From: Thermoanaerobaculia bacterium
Lineage (GTDB): Bacteria > Acidobacteriota > Thermoanaerobaculia > Multivoradales > DATKCC01
Length of the DNA stretch: 64,000 nt
NCBI GenBank assembly: GCA_033762835.1
Contig: JANRLG010000029.1
Coordinates: forward strand, 12,795 to 76,794
Direction of reading: 5' to 3'
The translations under genes and the position numbers were made by a program. The notes beneath the pieces are model-generated. The model did not search any database and was not told the origin of the DNA. It saw only the letters and a list, made by a program, of their open reading frames with translations. Numbering within the stretch: position 1 is the first letter of the stretch; every line of letters begins with the position of its first letter. Shown here piece after piece: positions 1 through 9,776 of the stretch.

Positions 1-927
1 CTGGCCGCGCCCCAGGAGCAGGCCGGCCTGGGGTCCACCGAGCAGCTTGTCGCCGCTCGAAGCCACGAGGTCGACCCCCGCTGCCAGCAACTCGCGAATC
101 GACGGATGGCCGCCGAGTTCGGGGTGCACCGACGGCGACAACAGGCCGCTTCCCTCGTCGACCAGCACGGGCAAGCCGGACCGCGCCCCCAGGGCCACGA
201 GCTCCTCGGCCGCAACGGTCGCCACGAATCCGGTGATCCGGTAGTTACTCGGGTAGACCTTGAGCAGCAAGCTCGTCTCCGGGCCGATGGCCGCCTCGTA
301 GTCCGCGAGCCGGACCCGGTTCGTGGTGCCCACCTCGACCAGCCGGGCCCCGGCCGTCGCCAGGATGTCGGGAATGCGGAACGAGCCGCCGATCTCGACC
401 AACTCGCCGCGCGCCACGATGACCTCGCGCCCCGCGGCGAGGGTGGCAAGGGCGAGCACCAGTGCTGCCGCGGCGTTGTTGACGACGAGTCCGTCCTCGG
501 CGCCGGTGAGGCTGGTCAGGAGCGGGCGCAGGCGGGCGTTGCGTTCCCCCCGCTGCCCGCTGGTGAGGTCCATCTCGAGATCGCACCCGGCCTCGAGCAA
601 GCCCGCCACCTCGGCGGTGAGACCGCGGGGAAGCGGAGCACGGCCCAGGTTGGTATGGAGGAAGATGCCGGTGGCGTTGAGCACCCGAGAGAGTGGCCGG
701 CCGTGGCGCTCCGCGAGTGCCGCGGCGACCCGCGCGGGCAATTTCGCGAGCTCGGCGGCGAGCGCTTCTGGCCCGTCGGCCGCCGGCAGGCGCCGGCGCA
801 GCTCGGCCAACTCGTGGCCGACTTGGACCCGCACCGAACCGCGTCCGTATAATCCGACGATGGCATCGAAAGCGGCACCAGCCAGCAGCCGGTCGACCGA
901 CGGAATCGCGCGACGAGGGTCCTGCAC
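1..927 (-). CDS. selA: L-seryl-tRNA(Sec) selenium transferase (selenocysteine synthase), 3' end truncated by window
   Basis: The minus-strand frame is open to the window edge. The translation contains the PLP-lysine motif SGDKLLGGPQAG, plus LHTNLGRAPL and EVGTTNR stretches typical of SelA. GTG start at 927 is preceded by GGGAGG. Confidence 0.75.
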   Translation of the reverse strand, partial: MQDPRRAIPSVDRLLAGAAFDAIVGLYGRGSVRVQVGHELAELRRRLPAADGPEALAAELAKLPARVAAALAERHGRPLSRVLNATGIFLHTNLGRAPLPRGLTAEVAGLLEAGCDLEMDLTSGQRGERNARLRPLLTSLTGAEDGLVVNNAAAALVLALATLAAGREVIVARGELVEIGGSFRIPDILATAGARLVEVGTTNRVRLADYEAAIGPETSLLLKVYPSNYRITGFVATVAAEELVALGARSGLPVLVDEGSGLLSPSVHPELGGHPSIRELLAAGVDLVASSGDKLLGGPQAGLLLGRGQ

Positions 928-1533
928 GTGAATCTGACCTCCCAAGGTACGCCCCAGAGTGTAAAGGATCGCCCGCGGACCAACACGCCAGCGAGCGCCC
1001 GAAACGCGGGCATCGGTCCCGCCATCGACCGCGTCGAGGATGACGTGCGGCTGCTGCGCATCGAGTACGAGAAGTTCTTCAACGGCGCCCTCGAGGTGCC
1101 GCCCGAGGAAATGCGCCAGCGCGTGGGCTCGGAACTCCGGCGTCTCCGCTTGGGAGGCGGTGCCAAGAGCGTCGCGGACGACTTTCGCCTGGCCAGTGTC
1201 GAGGCGCAGTTCAACGCCTACGCCGAGCGCTTCGGACGGCGCCTGCGCCAGCGGGAAGAAGGCCGCCACGAAAGCGTTCGGGCGGCCTCGGCGGCGCGCG
1301 ACGACGGCCGGCCGGTGGTCGTGGGCGGCAGCGAGGTCACCGCGGACGCCGCCGAGACGCTTTACCAGCGCTTGGCCCGCGGCGGCAACACCCCCCGTTT
1401 CGACCTCGAGACCTTCCGTGTTTACCTTTCTCGCCAGATGACCTCGATCCAGGCCAAGACCGGTCGCTCGGCGGTAGAGTTCCGCATCGCCGAAGAAGAC
1501 GGCCAGATGAAGCTCAGGGCTCGCGCCGTTTGA
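928..1533 (+). CDS. hypothetical protein; true start probably internal (GTG near 1047 after GAGGA)
   Basis: 201-aa ORF with coding-like composition, divergent from selA. Its stop overlaps the TTG start of the next gene (TTGA). Confidence 0.4.
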   Translation: MNLTSQGTPQSVKDRPRTNTPASARNAGIGPAIDRVEDDVRLLRIEYEKFFNGALEVPPEEMRQRVGSELRRLRLGGGAKSVADDFRLASVEAQFNAYAERFGRRLRQREEGRHESVRAASAARDDGRPVVVGGSEVTADAAETLYQRLARGGNTPRFDLETFRVYLSRQMTSIQAKTGRSAVEFRIAEEDGQMKLRARAV

Positions 1534-2627
1534 CGGACCGAACCAAGAAGACAAGGAGTTCCGCTTTGCGCATCCTCGCCCTCGTCACCCTCGCGGTCGT
1601 GTCCGTGGCCTTCGTGGCCCTCGGCTCGACCTCGGCTCCGCCCAATCTTGGCAAAGCCATCGAAGCCCAGCGCCAACTCGCCAAGGATTCACCCCGAGAC
1701 GCTCAAGTGTTGAATGATTTGGGCAATCTGCTCGCGCTCGCGGGAAACCTCTCGGAGGCCCGCGCGAGCTACGAGGCGGCGATCGAGCTCGACGCCGAGC
1801 TGCCCGCGGCCCGCTACAACCTCGCCTTGCTGCTCCAGCAACTCGGTGAACGCCGGCAGGCGCTCTCGGAGTTCAAGAAGGTCCTGAAGATCCAGCCGGG
1901 CAACGCCTGGGCGCACTTCCAGGCGGCCATGCTGCACGAGGCCGGAGGCAACGACTCGGCGGCCGTCGAGCACTATGCCGAAGCCTTCCGTTTGAATCCC
2001 CAACTGTCGTTCCACGAGGTCAATCCTCAGATCATCGACAGCAAACTCGTAACCCAGTCCCTGCTGCTGGCGCACCGCGACAGCGCCAACGAGGCGTCCG
2101 CACCCCGCGACTACGCTCAGCCGTCGCGCATCGTCAAGTTGATGGTGGCGCCGAAGGCCGCGCCCGCCGAGCTGGCGCCGGAGGCGGCGCGGGCGGAGGC
2201 CGAGGCGCCGGCCGTACCGGCAGAGCGGGCGCCGCGGGCTCAGGCCGGCGGCACGACCCCTTCCGCGCCGCGCACGCTGCGCGCCGAGGATCTCGAAGCC
2301 GAGCGCGGTGCCGCGGGTTCCGCCGGTTCCACCCGGCGCGGCGGCTCGCGCGTGACACCGCCGCCGCCCTCCGGGCCGACGGGCAATTTCACCCGCCCGC
2401 GCATCGCTCCGGGGGTCCAGCCCGGACCGCCGCCCGAGCCGCCGCGTTACACGCCGCCGCCGGAGTACGACGAAACCGAGGACAGTGGTGATGACGGCTA
2501 CGACGTTGAAGGGGACCAGGAGGTCATCGCGCCCTCCGGCGGGCAACGGCTCCAGTTCATTCCCGGGATCCAGTCGAGTGGCCGACTCGAAATGAAACTG
2601 GTTCCCGACCCCCCGCCGGCGGGCTGA
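1530..2627 (+). CDS. TPR-repeat protein with N-terminal signal/TM segment and proline-rich C-terminus
   Basis: N-terminal hydrophobic helix; TPR-like repeats (NLGNLLALAGNLSEARASYEAAIELD); PPPEPPRYTPPPEY tail. Confidence 0.55.
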   Translation: MTDRTKKTRSSALRILALVTLAVVSVAFVALGSTSAPPNLGKAIEAQRQLAKDSPRDAQVLNDLGNLLALAGNLSEARASYEAAIELDAELPAARYNLALLLQQLGERRQALSEFKKVLKIQPGNAWAHFQAAMLHEAGGNDSAAVEHYAEAFRLNPQLSFHEVNPQIIDSKLVTQSLLLAHRDSANEASAPRDYAQPSRIVKLMVAPKAAPAELAPEAARAEAEAPAVPAERAPRAQAGGTTPSAPRTLRAEDLEAERGAAGSAGSTRRGGSRVTPPPPSGPTGNFTRPRIAPGVQPGPPPEPPRYTPPPEYDETEDSGDDGYDVEGDQEVIAPSGGQRLQFIPGIQSSGRLEMKLVPDPPPAG

Positions 2628-2633
2628 CCTCTC

Positions 2634-4832
2634 TCAGCCAAGTTCGAAGTACCGCGGTGACGGGCCGATCTCGACGATCGGCCCGCCGCCGCCGGACGGC
2701 TTGCCGTCACGCTCGATGATCTCCCGGGCCTGCCGCGGTAGGGTCGACTTCAAGCTCTCCCGACCCGCGCTCCAACCCACGATCAGCTCGGCGCCGTCGC
2801 TCCGCCGGAAGTGATAGAGCCGACCAGGCTCGGGCGTCGCCAAGGGACCGAGAAAGCGGGCGCCCTCGAGTTGGCCGAGCAGGGTTCGAAACGCCCGGAA
2901 CGACGGCCGGCGGCGCAGCTGGTCGGCCTCCGGACACACCAGGCCGTAGCCGCGCGCGATCATCTGCCACCAGTAGGCTCGCGCCACGAGCCCAGTGCCC
3001 AGGGCGAGCAGGTAGTAGCGCACCAGGAAGTTCGCCTGCGACTCTTCGTCGACCGAAACGCTTTTGCCGGCTGGAGAGTGGGGCCCCTCGAGAAGCGGCC
3101 AGTTGACTTCCGTGAGCCACACCGGGCCTGGGTCGGCATTGCGCGCGGTATCGGCGAGCGCGCGCAGCAGGGTCACCTTGCCGACGGTGTCGAGCCCCAT
3201 CTGTGGGTTCTCCGGTGCGCCGCGGCGGTCGACGTAAAGCAGGGCGGACACGGCGTCGAAGTGAAAGCCCTCCCGGCGCAGATTGAGTAGTCCCGCCGTG
3301 CGGTTGTATTCGAAGTCGATCACCGCCGGGCCGAGCACCTGCACGTCCGGCCGGGCAGCCCGCAGCCGCTCACCCGCCCGACGGACCAGCTCGACGTATT
3401 CGTCCACCGCCCACACGCCCCACTTGCTGCGGTTGACCGCTTGGCCGACCTGGAAGTCGCGGCCGTAGACGGTGAAGCGGCGGGCGATGTCGGTGATCTC
3501 GGCGTCCCAGCGGTCGAGATCCTTGACCAGGTCCCGATTCTGGGGCACGGCGAAGGCCACCTCGATCTCCCGCTCGCGGAGCGCTCGAACGAGGGCCTCC
3601 TCGTCGTCGCGGCCCTCGGGTTCCCAGGGATGGAGCCGCACGAGCACCGTTCGGCACCCGAGCTCGTCGACCAAGGCGAGCAGACCGTCGGGGTCCTGCG
3701 GCCACGGCCTCAAGGCCACTCCCGCACCCAGGAAGGGTACCGGCCGCTGGTAGAGCTCGCGGCGGAGCGCACGGTGACGACGCCAGATACGCGGCAACGC
3801 CCAGCCCGCCGCGAGGGTCTCCGCCACGTAGCCGCGGCCCTCCCGCAGGCGGACCCCGAGCTTGGTCAGCGGGCTGGCGTGAACGTGGGGCTGGTCGGAC
3901 AACGCATCCCAGACGATGCGGTCGCGAGCCTCGGCACCGGCCGGCGCCGAGGGAATGTGCTCATGGGTCGAACGGCCCACCAGTCTTCCCTTGAGCGTCG
4001 ATCCCCGCGGGGTCTTGCCGGTTTTCTGGCCCCGCAACCGCCTCTTCCACTCGTGACGACCATGGAACGCCCGGTGGTAGAGCCGGTACAGCCGTTCCTG
4101 GACCGCCGAGGGCGGCTGGCCCCAGTAGGCGTGCAGGAAGATCTCCTGGTCCTCGGGACGGAAGATCGGCATGCGCGACAAGTCCCGGGAGCGCTCGGAA
4201 AGAGTCGGTGGCCGGCCGAACCGGGCGCGGTTGAGGTCGACCAGGAACAGCCGCAGCCGTCCGTCGACCTCGCGCCGCATCAGAACGTTGCCGCTGGTGA
4301 AGTCCCGGAACCAGATGCCGGCCTCGTGGAGGCGCCGGGCGAGCCCCGCGCAGGCCACCAGGAACTCATCGAGGGGAAACTGGGGAAACTCCGTTGCGGC
4401 GGTGCCGGTCCGCGCCGCGCGCAGCAGGTAGCGGGCCTCGGTGACGTCCGCCAGCAGCTCGGTGACGAACCACGCCGGCCCATCGGGCGCCTGCGACTCG
4501 ATCCAGGCCAAGGGCCGCGCGGTGTCGAAACCGGCGGCCACGAGCTGCTGCGCGGCCCGCCAGCTCCGTTCGGCTTTGCTGCCGCGTCGCCCACGGTCCC
4601 ACCGAGCGCGCCACGAGGTGTGACGGAACAACTTGACGACGCAGGGGAGCCCGCCGTCGCTCGCGACCTCGAAGGTACTGCGGTAGAGCAGATTGCGGCC
4701 CCAGTGGAGGGTCGCCTCCGCGGCCCCGGGGTCCACCAGGCGGGCAAGCGTCGAGCCAAGATCGGCGGGGGCGAGCTCCGCCGCGAATTCGCCCCGGTAG
4801 GTCTCGAAAGTGAAGGGCTGGGGAGTGGACAC
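2634..4832 (-). CDS. two-domain protein: lipopolysaccharide-kinase (Kdo/WaaP/InaA)-like N-domain fused to glycoside-hydrolase-like TIM-barrel C-domain
   Basis: 732-aa ORF. N-terminal half carries an FLVDLNRARF-type kinase motif. C-terminal half has a WLTEVNWP stretch resembling a GH clan-A nucleophile region. Confidence 0.5.
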   Translation of the reverse strand: MSTPQPFTFETYRGEFAAELAPADLGSTLARLVDPGAAEATLHWGRNLLYRSTFEVASDGGLPCVVKLFRHTSWRARWDRGRRGSKAERSWRAAQQLVAAGFDTARPLAWIESQAPDGPAWFVTELLADVTEARYLLRAARTGTAATEFPQFPLDEFLVACAGLARRLHEAGIWFRDFTSGNVLMRREVDGRLRLFLVDLNRARFGRPPTLSERSRDLSRMPIFRPEDQEIFLHAYWGQPPSAVQERLYRLYHRAFHGRHEWKRRLRGQKTGKTPRGSTLKGRLVGRSTHEHIPSAPAGAEARDRIVWDALSDQPHVHASPLTKLGVRLREGRGYVAETLAAGWALPRIWRRHRALRRELYQRPVPFLGAGVALRPWPQDPDGLLALVDELGCRTVLVRLHPWEPEGRDDEEALVRALREREIEVAFAVPQNRDLVKDLDRWDAEITDIARRFTVYGRDFQVGQAVNRSKWGVWAVDEYVELVRRAGERLRAARPDVQVLGPAVIDFEYNRTAGLLNLRREGFHFDAVSALLYVDRRGAPENPQMGLDTVGKVTLLRALADTARNADPGPVWLTEVNWPLLEGPHSPAGKSVSVDEESQANFLVRYYLLALGTGLVARAYWWQMIARGYGLVCPEADQLRRRPSFRAFRTLLGQLEGARFLGPLATPEPGRLYHFRRSDGAELIVGWSAGRESLKSTLPRQAREIIERDGKPSGGGGPIVEIGPSPRYFELG

Positions 4833-4840
4833 GCGGGAGT

Positions 4841-6343
4841 CTAGACCTCGATGACGTCGTAACGCTCGTGGTGGAGGGTCGGGTCACTCTGGAGGAGGAT
4901 CTCGACGCCGAGCACGCGCTCGAGCTCCAGGAGCACCTCGCGTTCCTCCTGCTGGAGCGCCCGCGAGACGTCCGGGTGCACCCGCAACAGCAGCTCCCGC
5001 TCCCGCGGACGATCCCGCTGGCGCAGCAGGTCGCGCCGGAGGTTCATGCAGATCGTCTCGATGGCGCGAATGCGGCCGCTGCCTTGGCAGTGGGGGCAGG
5101 GTTGGGTGAGCAGCCGTTCCAAGTTGGTCCGACTGCGCTTGCGGGTGATCTCGACCAGCCCGAACTCGGAGATCGAGAGCACCTTGGTCTTGGCGCGGTC
5201 CTTCTTGAGCTCGCCTTCGAGGGCCGTGAAGACCTCCCGGCGGTGCTCTTCTTCGATCATGTCGATCAGGTCGAGCACGATGATCCCGCCCAAGTCGCGC
5301 AGACGAATCTGGCGGACGATCTCTTCGACTGCCTCGAGGTTGGTACGCAACACGGTTTCTTCGAGGGTCGATTTGCCGACGAAGCGCCCGGTGTTGACGT
5401 CGATGGCCACCAGCGCTTCGGTCTGGTTGATCACGATGTAGCCGCCGGACTTGAGCCACACTTTGCTCTTCAAGGCCGCCTCGATCTGGCTTTCGATCCC
5501 GAAGCGGTCGAACAGCGGCACGTCTTGGCGGTAGAGCTTGACCCGACTCACCAAGGTCGGCTGCACCTGGTCGAGGAACTCGACGATCCGCTCGTAGGTT
5601 TCTTCCCCGTCCACCCACAGCACCGAGAAATCCTCGGTCAGCAGGTCCCGTACGGTGCGCAGGGCGAGATCGTGCTCGCGGTGGAGCAGCACGGGCGGAG
5701 AAGCCTTGGCGCCGCGATTGCGGATGCGCTCCCACATGGCCGAGAGGAAAACGAGGTCGCCCGAGAACTCCTCGCGGCTCTTGCCTTGGCCCTCGGTGCG
5801 CACGATCAGCCCTGCCCCCGGGGGCGCCAGACCATGGACCTCGGTCGTCAGCCGCTCGCGCTCGGCCTCGTCTTCGATGCGCCGCGACACGCCGTAGTGC
5901 CGCACGGTGGGCAGGAGGACCAGGTAACGGCCCGGTAGGGTGACGTGGGTCGAGATCCGGGCTCCCTTCGAGGGCAGCGGGTCCTTGACCACCTGGACGA
6001 TCAGCTCCTGGCCCTGCTTCAACAACTCGTCGATCGAGCGCGGGGACTCGGGAGGCACGTGTTCGGCCTCGCTGTCGGCCAGCTCGAGCGGATCCTCGAG
6101 GCCCACCGGAGAGTCGTCGTCCCCGACGTCGGCGACGTAGAGAAAGGCGTCGCGGTCGAGCCCGACGTCCACGAAGGCAGCCTGCATGCCGGGCAAGACA
6201 CGGGTCACCCGGCCCTTGTAGACGTTGCCGACGAAACCCTGGTGGCGGTGGCGCTCGACAAAGATCTCGGTCAGGTGGTCGTTTTCCAGGATCGCGATCC
6301 GGGTTTCGTGCGGGTCGCTCGTGACGAGCATTTTCTGCGCCAT
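4841..6343 (-). CDS. rng: ribonuclease G (RNase E/G family)
   Basis: 500 aa. S1 domain and RNase E/G catalytic core; CPHCQGSG zinc-link motif. Position downstream of rodA is the canonical cafA/rng location. Stop codon is TAG. Confidence 0.85.
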   Translation of the reverse strand: MAQKMLVTSDPHETRIAILENDHLTEIFVERHRHQGFVGNVYKGRVTRVLPGMQAAFVDVGLDRDAFLYVADVGDDDSPVGLEDPLELADSEAEHVPPESPRSIDELLKQGQELIVQVVKDPLPSKGARISTHVTLPGRYLVLLPTVRHYGVSRRIEDEAERERLTTEVHGLAPPGAGLIVRTEGQGKSREEFSGDLVFLSAMWERIRNRGAKASPPVLLHREHDLALRTVRDLLTEDFSVLWVDGEETYERIVEFLDQVQPTLVSRVKLYRQDVPLFDRFGIESQIEAALKSKVWLKSGGYIVINQTEALVAIDVNTGRFVGKSTLEETVLRTNLEAVEEIVRQIRLRDLGGIIVLDLIDMIEEEHRREVFTALEGELKKDRAKTKVLSISEFGLVEITRKRSRTNLERLLTQPCPHCQGSGRIRAIETICMNLRRDLLRQRDRPRERELLLRVHPDVSRALQQEEREVLLELERVLGVEILLQSDPTLHHERYDVIEV

Positions 6344-6358
6344 GGTCTCCTCGCAGCC

Positions 6359-7501
6359 TCAGCGGTTCACGTAGCGCCGGATATCAACCCCCAGGATGAT
6401 CCCGGTGGCGGCGAAGTTGAACAGCATGAACGTACCGCCGTACGACAAGAAAGGTAGCGGAATCCCGGTGATCGGGACGAGGCCCACAACCATGGCAGTG
6501 TTGTATAAAACGTGGAAGGAAATGATCGAGAGCAGGCCCACGACCAACAAGATGCCTTCTCGGTCGCGCGCCCGCATGGCGATCCGTGCGCCGTTGACGA
6601 TGAACACGGCGTAGAGGAAGAGCACCGTGACCACCCCGAGGAACCCCCATTCCTCGGCCAACACGGCGAAAATGAAGTCCGTGTGGCGCGCCGGCAGGAA
6701 CTTGAGCTTGCTCTGGGTGCCCTGCATGTACCCCTTGCCGTGGAGCTCGCCCGAGCCCACGGCGATCTTCGACTGCCGCACCTGGTAACCCTTGCCCCGG
6801 GGGTCGGTGCCGGGGTTCAGGAACGTCTGGACCCGCTCGCGCTGGTAGTCGTGCATGCCGTAGAACCAGATGCCGGCCCCGAGCGCCACGACGGCCGCGA
6901 TGGCGAGGAGCAGCACCTTGATGCGCACGCCCCCCACGAGCAGCATGCCGGCCAACATGGGCATGAACATGGCCGCACCGCCCAGGTCCGGCTCTACCAC
7001 CACGAGCAGCACCGGCACCGCGACGATCAGCCCCGCAAACGCGATATCCCGAAAGGTCAACACCCGCCGGTTGACCGCCGCCAAGAACCGCGCGAGCAGC
7101 AGCGTCGTGGCCAGCTTGGCGACTTCCGAGGGTTGAAAACCCACCGAGCCGTAACCCAGCCAACTCTGCGCGCCGCCGCGCACCTGGCCGATGAACAGCA
7201 CGAGCACCAGCAGAACGCAGCCGATGCCGTACAGGGGCAAGGCGAGGTCGACGAGCACGGCGTACTCGATCGAGACTGCGACGGCGAAGACCACGAGACC
7301 GAGGCAGACCCAGACCAACTGGCGCGGAAAGTAGTCGATCGTCATGTCCGCGCTGGCGCTCCTCACGGTCAGCAAGCCGATCGTGGTCAGCAGCAGCATC
7401 GAAAAAAGCACGGCCCAATCGACCCCCGAGAACTGGCCCCAGGGCGAGGACTCAGGGGCCAGGAACCGGGGCGTCGTCGCCGATCCGGAAATACTTCTCA
7501 T
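6359..7501 (-). CDS. rodA: rod shape-determining protein RodA (SEDS family)
   Basis: Multi-pass SEDS protein downstream of mrdA. Start placed at the internal ATG (MRSISG...) before the first TM. The longer track ORF would overlap mrdA. Confidence 0.8.
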   Translation of the reverse strand: MRSISGSATTPRFLAPESSPWGQFSGVDWAVLFSMLLLTTIGLLTVRSASADMTIDYFPRQLVWVCLGLVVFAVAVSIEYAVLVDLALPLYGIGCVLLVLVLFIGQVRGGAQSWLGYGSVGFQPSEVAKLATTLLLARFLAAVNRRVLTFRDIAFAGLIVAVPVLLVVVEPDLGGAAMFMPMLAGMLLVGGVRIKVLLLAIAAVVALGAGIWFYGMHDYQRERVQTFLNPGTDPRGKGYQVRQSKIAVGSGELHGKGYMQGTQSKLKFLPARHTDFIFAVLAEEWGFLGVVTVLFLYAVFIVNGARIAMRARDREGILLVVGLLSIISFHVLYNTAMVVGLVPITGIPLPFLSYGGTFMLFNFAATGIILGVDIRRYVNR

Positions 7502-9245
7502 AAAGGGCCTTGGCGATGGGAGCAGCGACCTTCGAGCCGCCGCCTCCGTGCTCGACGAACACCACGACGACGAGCTCGGGCGCGTCGGCGGGGGCGAAGG
7601 ACGCAAACCAGGCGTGGTCCCGCTTCTCGAAGGGAAGGCTTTCGTTCTTGGTCCACGTCGCCTGAGACACCACCTGCACGGTACCGGTCTTGCCCGCGAC
7701 TTCGAGGCCCTTGACCTTCGAAGCGGCGGCGGTGCCGCCCGGCTCGTTGACCACGGCCCAGAGCGCGCGGCGGACGGGATCGAGCACTCCGGGCGGCAGA
7801 TTGAGCCCATCCGGCGGCGGCGCCACCGTACCCTCGACCAGGTGGGGCGTGATCATGCGCCCACCGTTGGCAACTCCCGCCATCATCGCCGCGACTTGCA
7901 GCGGCGTCGTCAACAGCGGCCCCTGGCCAATCGCCACCGAGATCGTCTCGCCGGCATACCACGGGTGTTTGCGGGCCGCGAGGCTCCACGCGGGATCGGG
8001 CACGAGGCCGCTCTTCTCGCCGCGCAGGTCGATGCCGGTGCCGTGGCCGAGGCCGAACAGCCGGCTGTAGCGGGCGATGCGATCGATCCCCAGCTTCTGC
8101 CCCAGATGGTAGAAGTACACGTCGCAGGAGTGCTTGATCGCCTCCTCGAGATTCACCGAGCCGTGGCCCCCTTGGCGCCAGCAGCGGAAGCGATGGTTGT
8201 AGATCGTCGCAGCGCCGGCACAATGAACGCGGGTGCCGCGGTCCACGACGCCCTCGGCCAGGCCGGCCGAGGCGACGACGATCTTGAACACCGAGCCCGG
8301 AGAGTAGGTGTTCTGGACGGTCCGGTTCTGCAGCGGATTGTGGGGCGCAGTGACGATCGCCTGCCAATCCTCGGTCGAGATGCGGCGCCCGAGGGCGTTG
8401 GGGTTGTAGGACGGCGAGGAGACGATGGCGCGGATCTCTCCGGTGCGGGGATCGAGGGCCACGACGGCGCCGACCTTGTCCTGGAGCTGGCGTTGCGCTT
8501 CTTGTTGCAGCCCGAGGTCGATGGAGAGCCGCAGCGGCTGGCCGGCCGCCGCCGGGGTGCCACCGGCCTTGTCGAGCACCTGCCCGCGGCTGTCGACGAC
8601 GACCACCCGTTCCCCGTCCGTGCCGCGCAGCGCCGAGTCGTAGAACTGCTCGATGCCGCGTTTGCCGACGAGGTCCCCCAGCTCGAAGGCCCCTTCGGAA
8701 GATTCGATCTCGCGCTCCGAAACCTCGCCGAGGTAGCCGAGAACGTGGGCGGTCTGGGCACCGTGGCGGTAGAGCCGTTGGTGACGCACCTCGACCTCGA
8801 ACTCCGGGTGCTCGAGCCGTTTGACCTCGAACCGGGTGACCTGGGTGAGGGACAGCCCTTCGGCGAGCAGAATCGGCCGGAAGGCGGGCGCCCCGGCGTT
8901 TTTCGCCAGAGCCGCTTCGAGCTCCGCCAGAGGGCGTTCGAGGATGTCGGCGGCGAAGCGCAGTGCCGCTGTGAGGTCGCGGGTACGGCTGCGGTCGATG
9001 AGCAAGCCGTAGGACGGTACGTTGTCGACCAGGAGCGTGCCATTGCGGTCGAAGATCAATCCGCGTGGTGCCTGGAGCGGGATACGCCGCAGCCGGTTGC
9101 TCTCCGCGAGCTCGCGGTAGAAGCTGCCGTGGACCATCTGGACGAACCAGAAGGTGGAACCGATGACCACGAGGGCCACGACCGCCAAAGCGGTCAGGAA
9201 CCGCACTCGGTTCACCAGGTCGTCGCGGACTTCACGGACTTGCAT
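7452..9245 (-). CDS. mrdA: penicillin-binding protein 2 (peptidoglycan transpeptidase)
   Basis: 597 aa with N-terminal TM; SVFK, SCDVYFY and KTGT motifs. Confidence 0.9.
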   Translation of the reverse strand: MQVREVRDDLVNRVRFLTALAVVALVVIGSTFWFVQMVHGSFYRELAESNRLRRIPLQAPRGLIFDRNGTLLVDNVPSYGLLIDRSRTRDLTAALRFAADILERPLAELEAALAKNAGAPAFRPILLAEGLSLTQVTRFEVKRLEHPEFEVEVRHQRLYRHGAQTAHVLGYLGEVSEREIESSEGAFELGDLVGKRGIEQFYDSALRGTDGERVVVVDSRGQVLDKAGGTPAAAGQPLRLSIDLGLQQEAQRQLQDKVGAVVALDPRTGEIRAIVSSPSYNPNALGRRISTEDWQAIVTAPHNPLQNRTVQNTYSPGSVFKIVVASAGLAEGVVDRGTRVHCAGAATIYNHRFRCWRQGGHGSVNLEEAIKHSCDVYFYHLGQKLGIDRIARYSRLFGLGHGTGIDLRGEKSGLVPDPAWSLAARKHPWYAGETISVAIGQGPLLTTPLQVAAMMAGVANGGRMITPHLVEGTVAPPPDGLNLPPGVLDPVRRALWAVVNEPGGTAAASKVKGLEVAGKTGTVQVVSQATWTKNESLPFEKRDHAWFASFAPADAPELVVVVFVEHGGGGSKVAAPIAKALYEKYFRIGDDAPVPGP

Positions 9246-9263
9246 GGGTGTCGGTTCGTCTTC

Positions 9264-9776
9264 CTAGAGTCGCAGGCGGTCCATCTTGCGTCGTTCGGCG
9301 CGCTGCCGGAAGCCCTGGGCCCGGCTCGCCGCGCTCCACACGATCATCGCGACGAAGCCGTTGACGATCGCCTGGATCGGCACCCACAGGGGCGGGGCCA
9401 CTTCGGGCCGCGGCAACAACAAGTAACTGAGGCAGACCAGGATCGCTTGCTGGACGAGCGTCGCGAGCACCGTGACCACCCAGACGGCACCCGGCTGTTG
9501 CAGGTCCATCCGCTGCGCGGTGCGCGCGGTGGCGTATCCGATGATGGTATCAGCGAAGCCATGGAGGCCGTAGAGCCGGCCGGAAAGTGTGTCGCGGGCG
9601 AAGCCGGCGACGAGGCCCCCCGCCAGGCCCCCCAGCGAATTGCCGCCGAGCGCGGTCAGTACGGAGACGACCACGAAGGGATCGAAGGCCAGCACCAGCT
9701 GGGGCACCAGGGCGACCAGGGCGGAATGGGCACCGAGGGCCGCGCCGAGGCCCAGGAGAAATTTAAGGAACGTCAC
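9264..9776 (-). CDS. mreD: rod shape-determining protein MreD
   Basis: 170-aa multi-pass membrane protein between mreC and mrdA. Confidence 0.7.
   Translation of the reverse strand: MTFLKFLLGLGAALGAHSALVALVPQLVLAFDPFVVVSVLTALGGNSLGGLAGGLVAGFARDTLSGRLYGLHGFADTIIGYATARTAQRMDLQQPGAVWVVTVLATLVQQAILVCLSYLLLPRPEVAPPLWVPIQAIVNGFVAMIVWSAASRAQGFRQRAERRKMDRLRL

Noticed and set aside
106-852. 248-aa plus-strand ORF at the left edge
   Set aside because: Antisense to the selA reading frame, which carries clear SelA motifs. The plus ORF has RGQ-rich low-complexity sequence.
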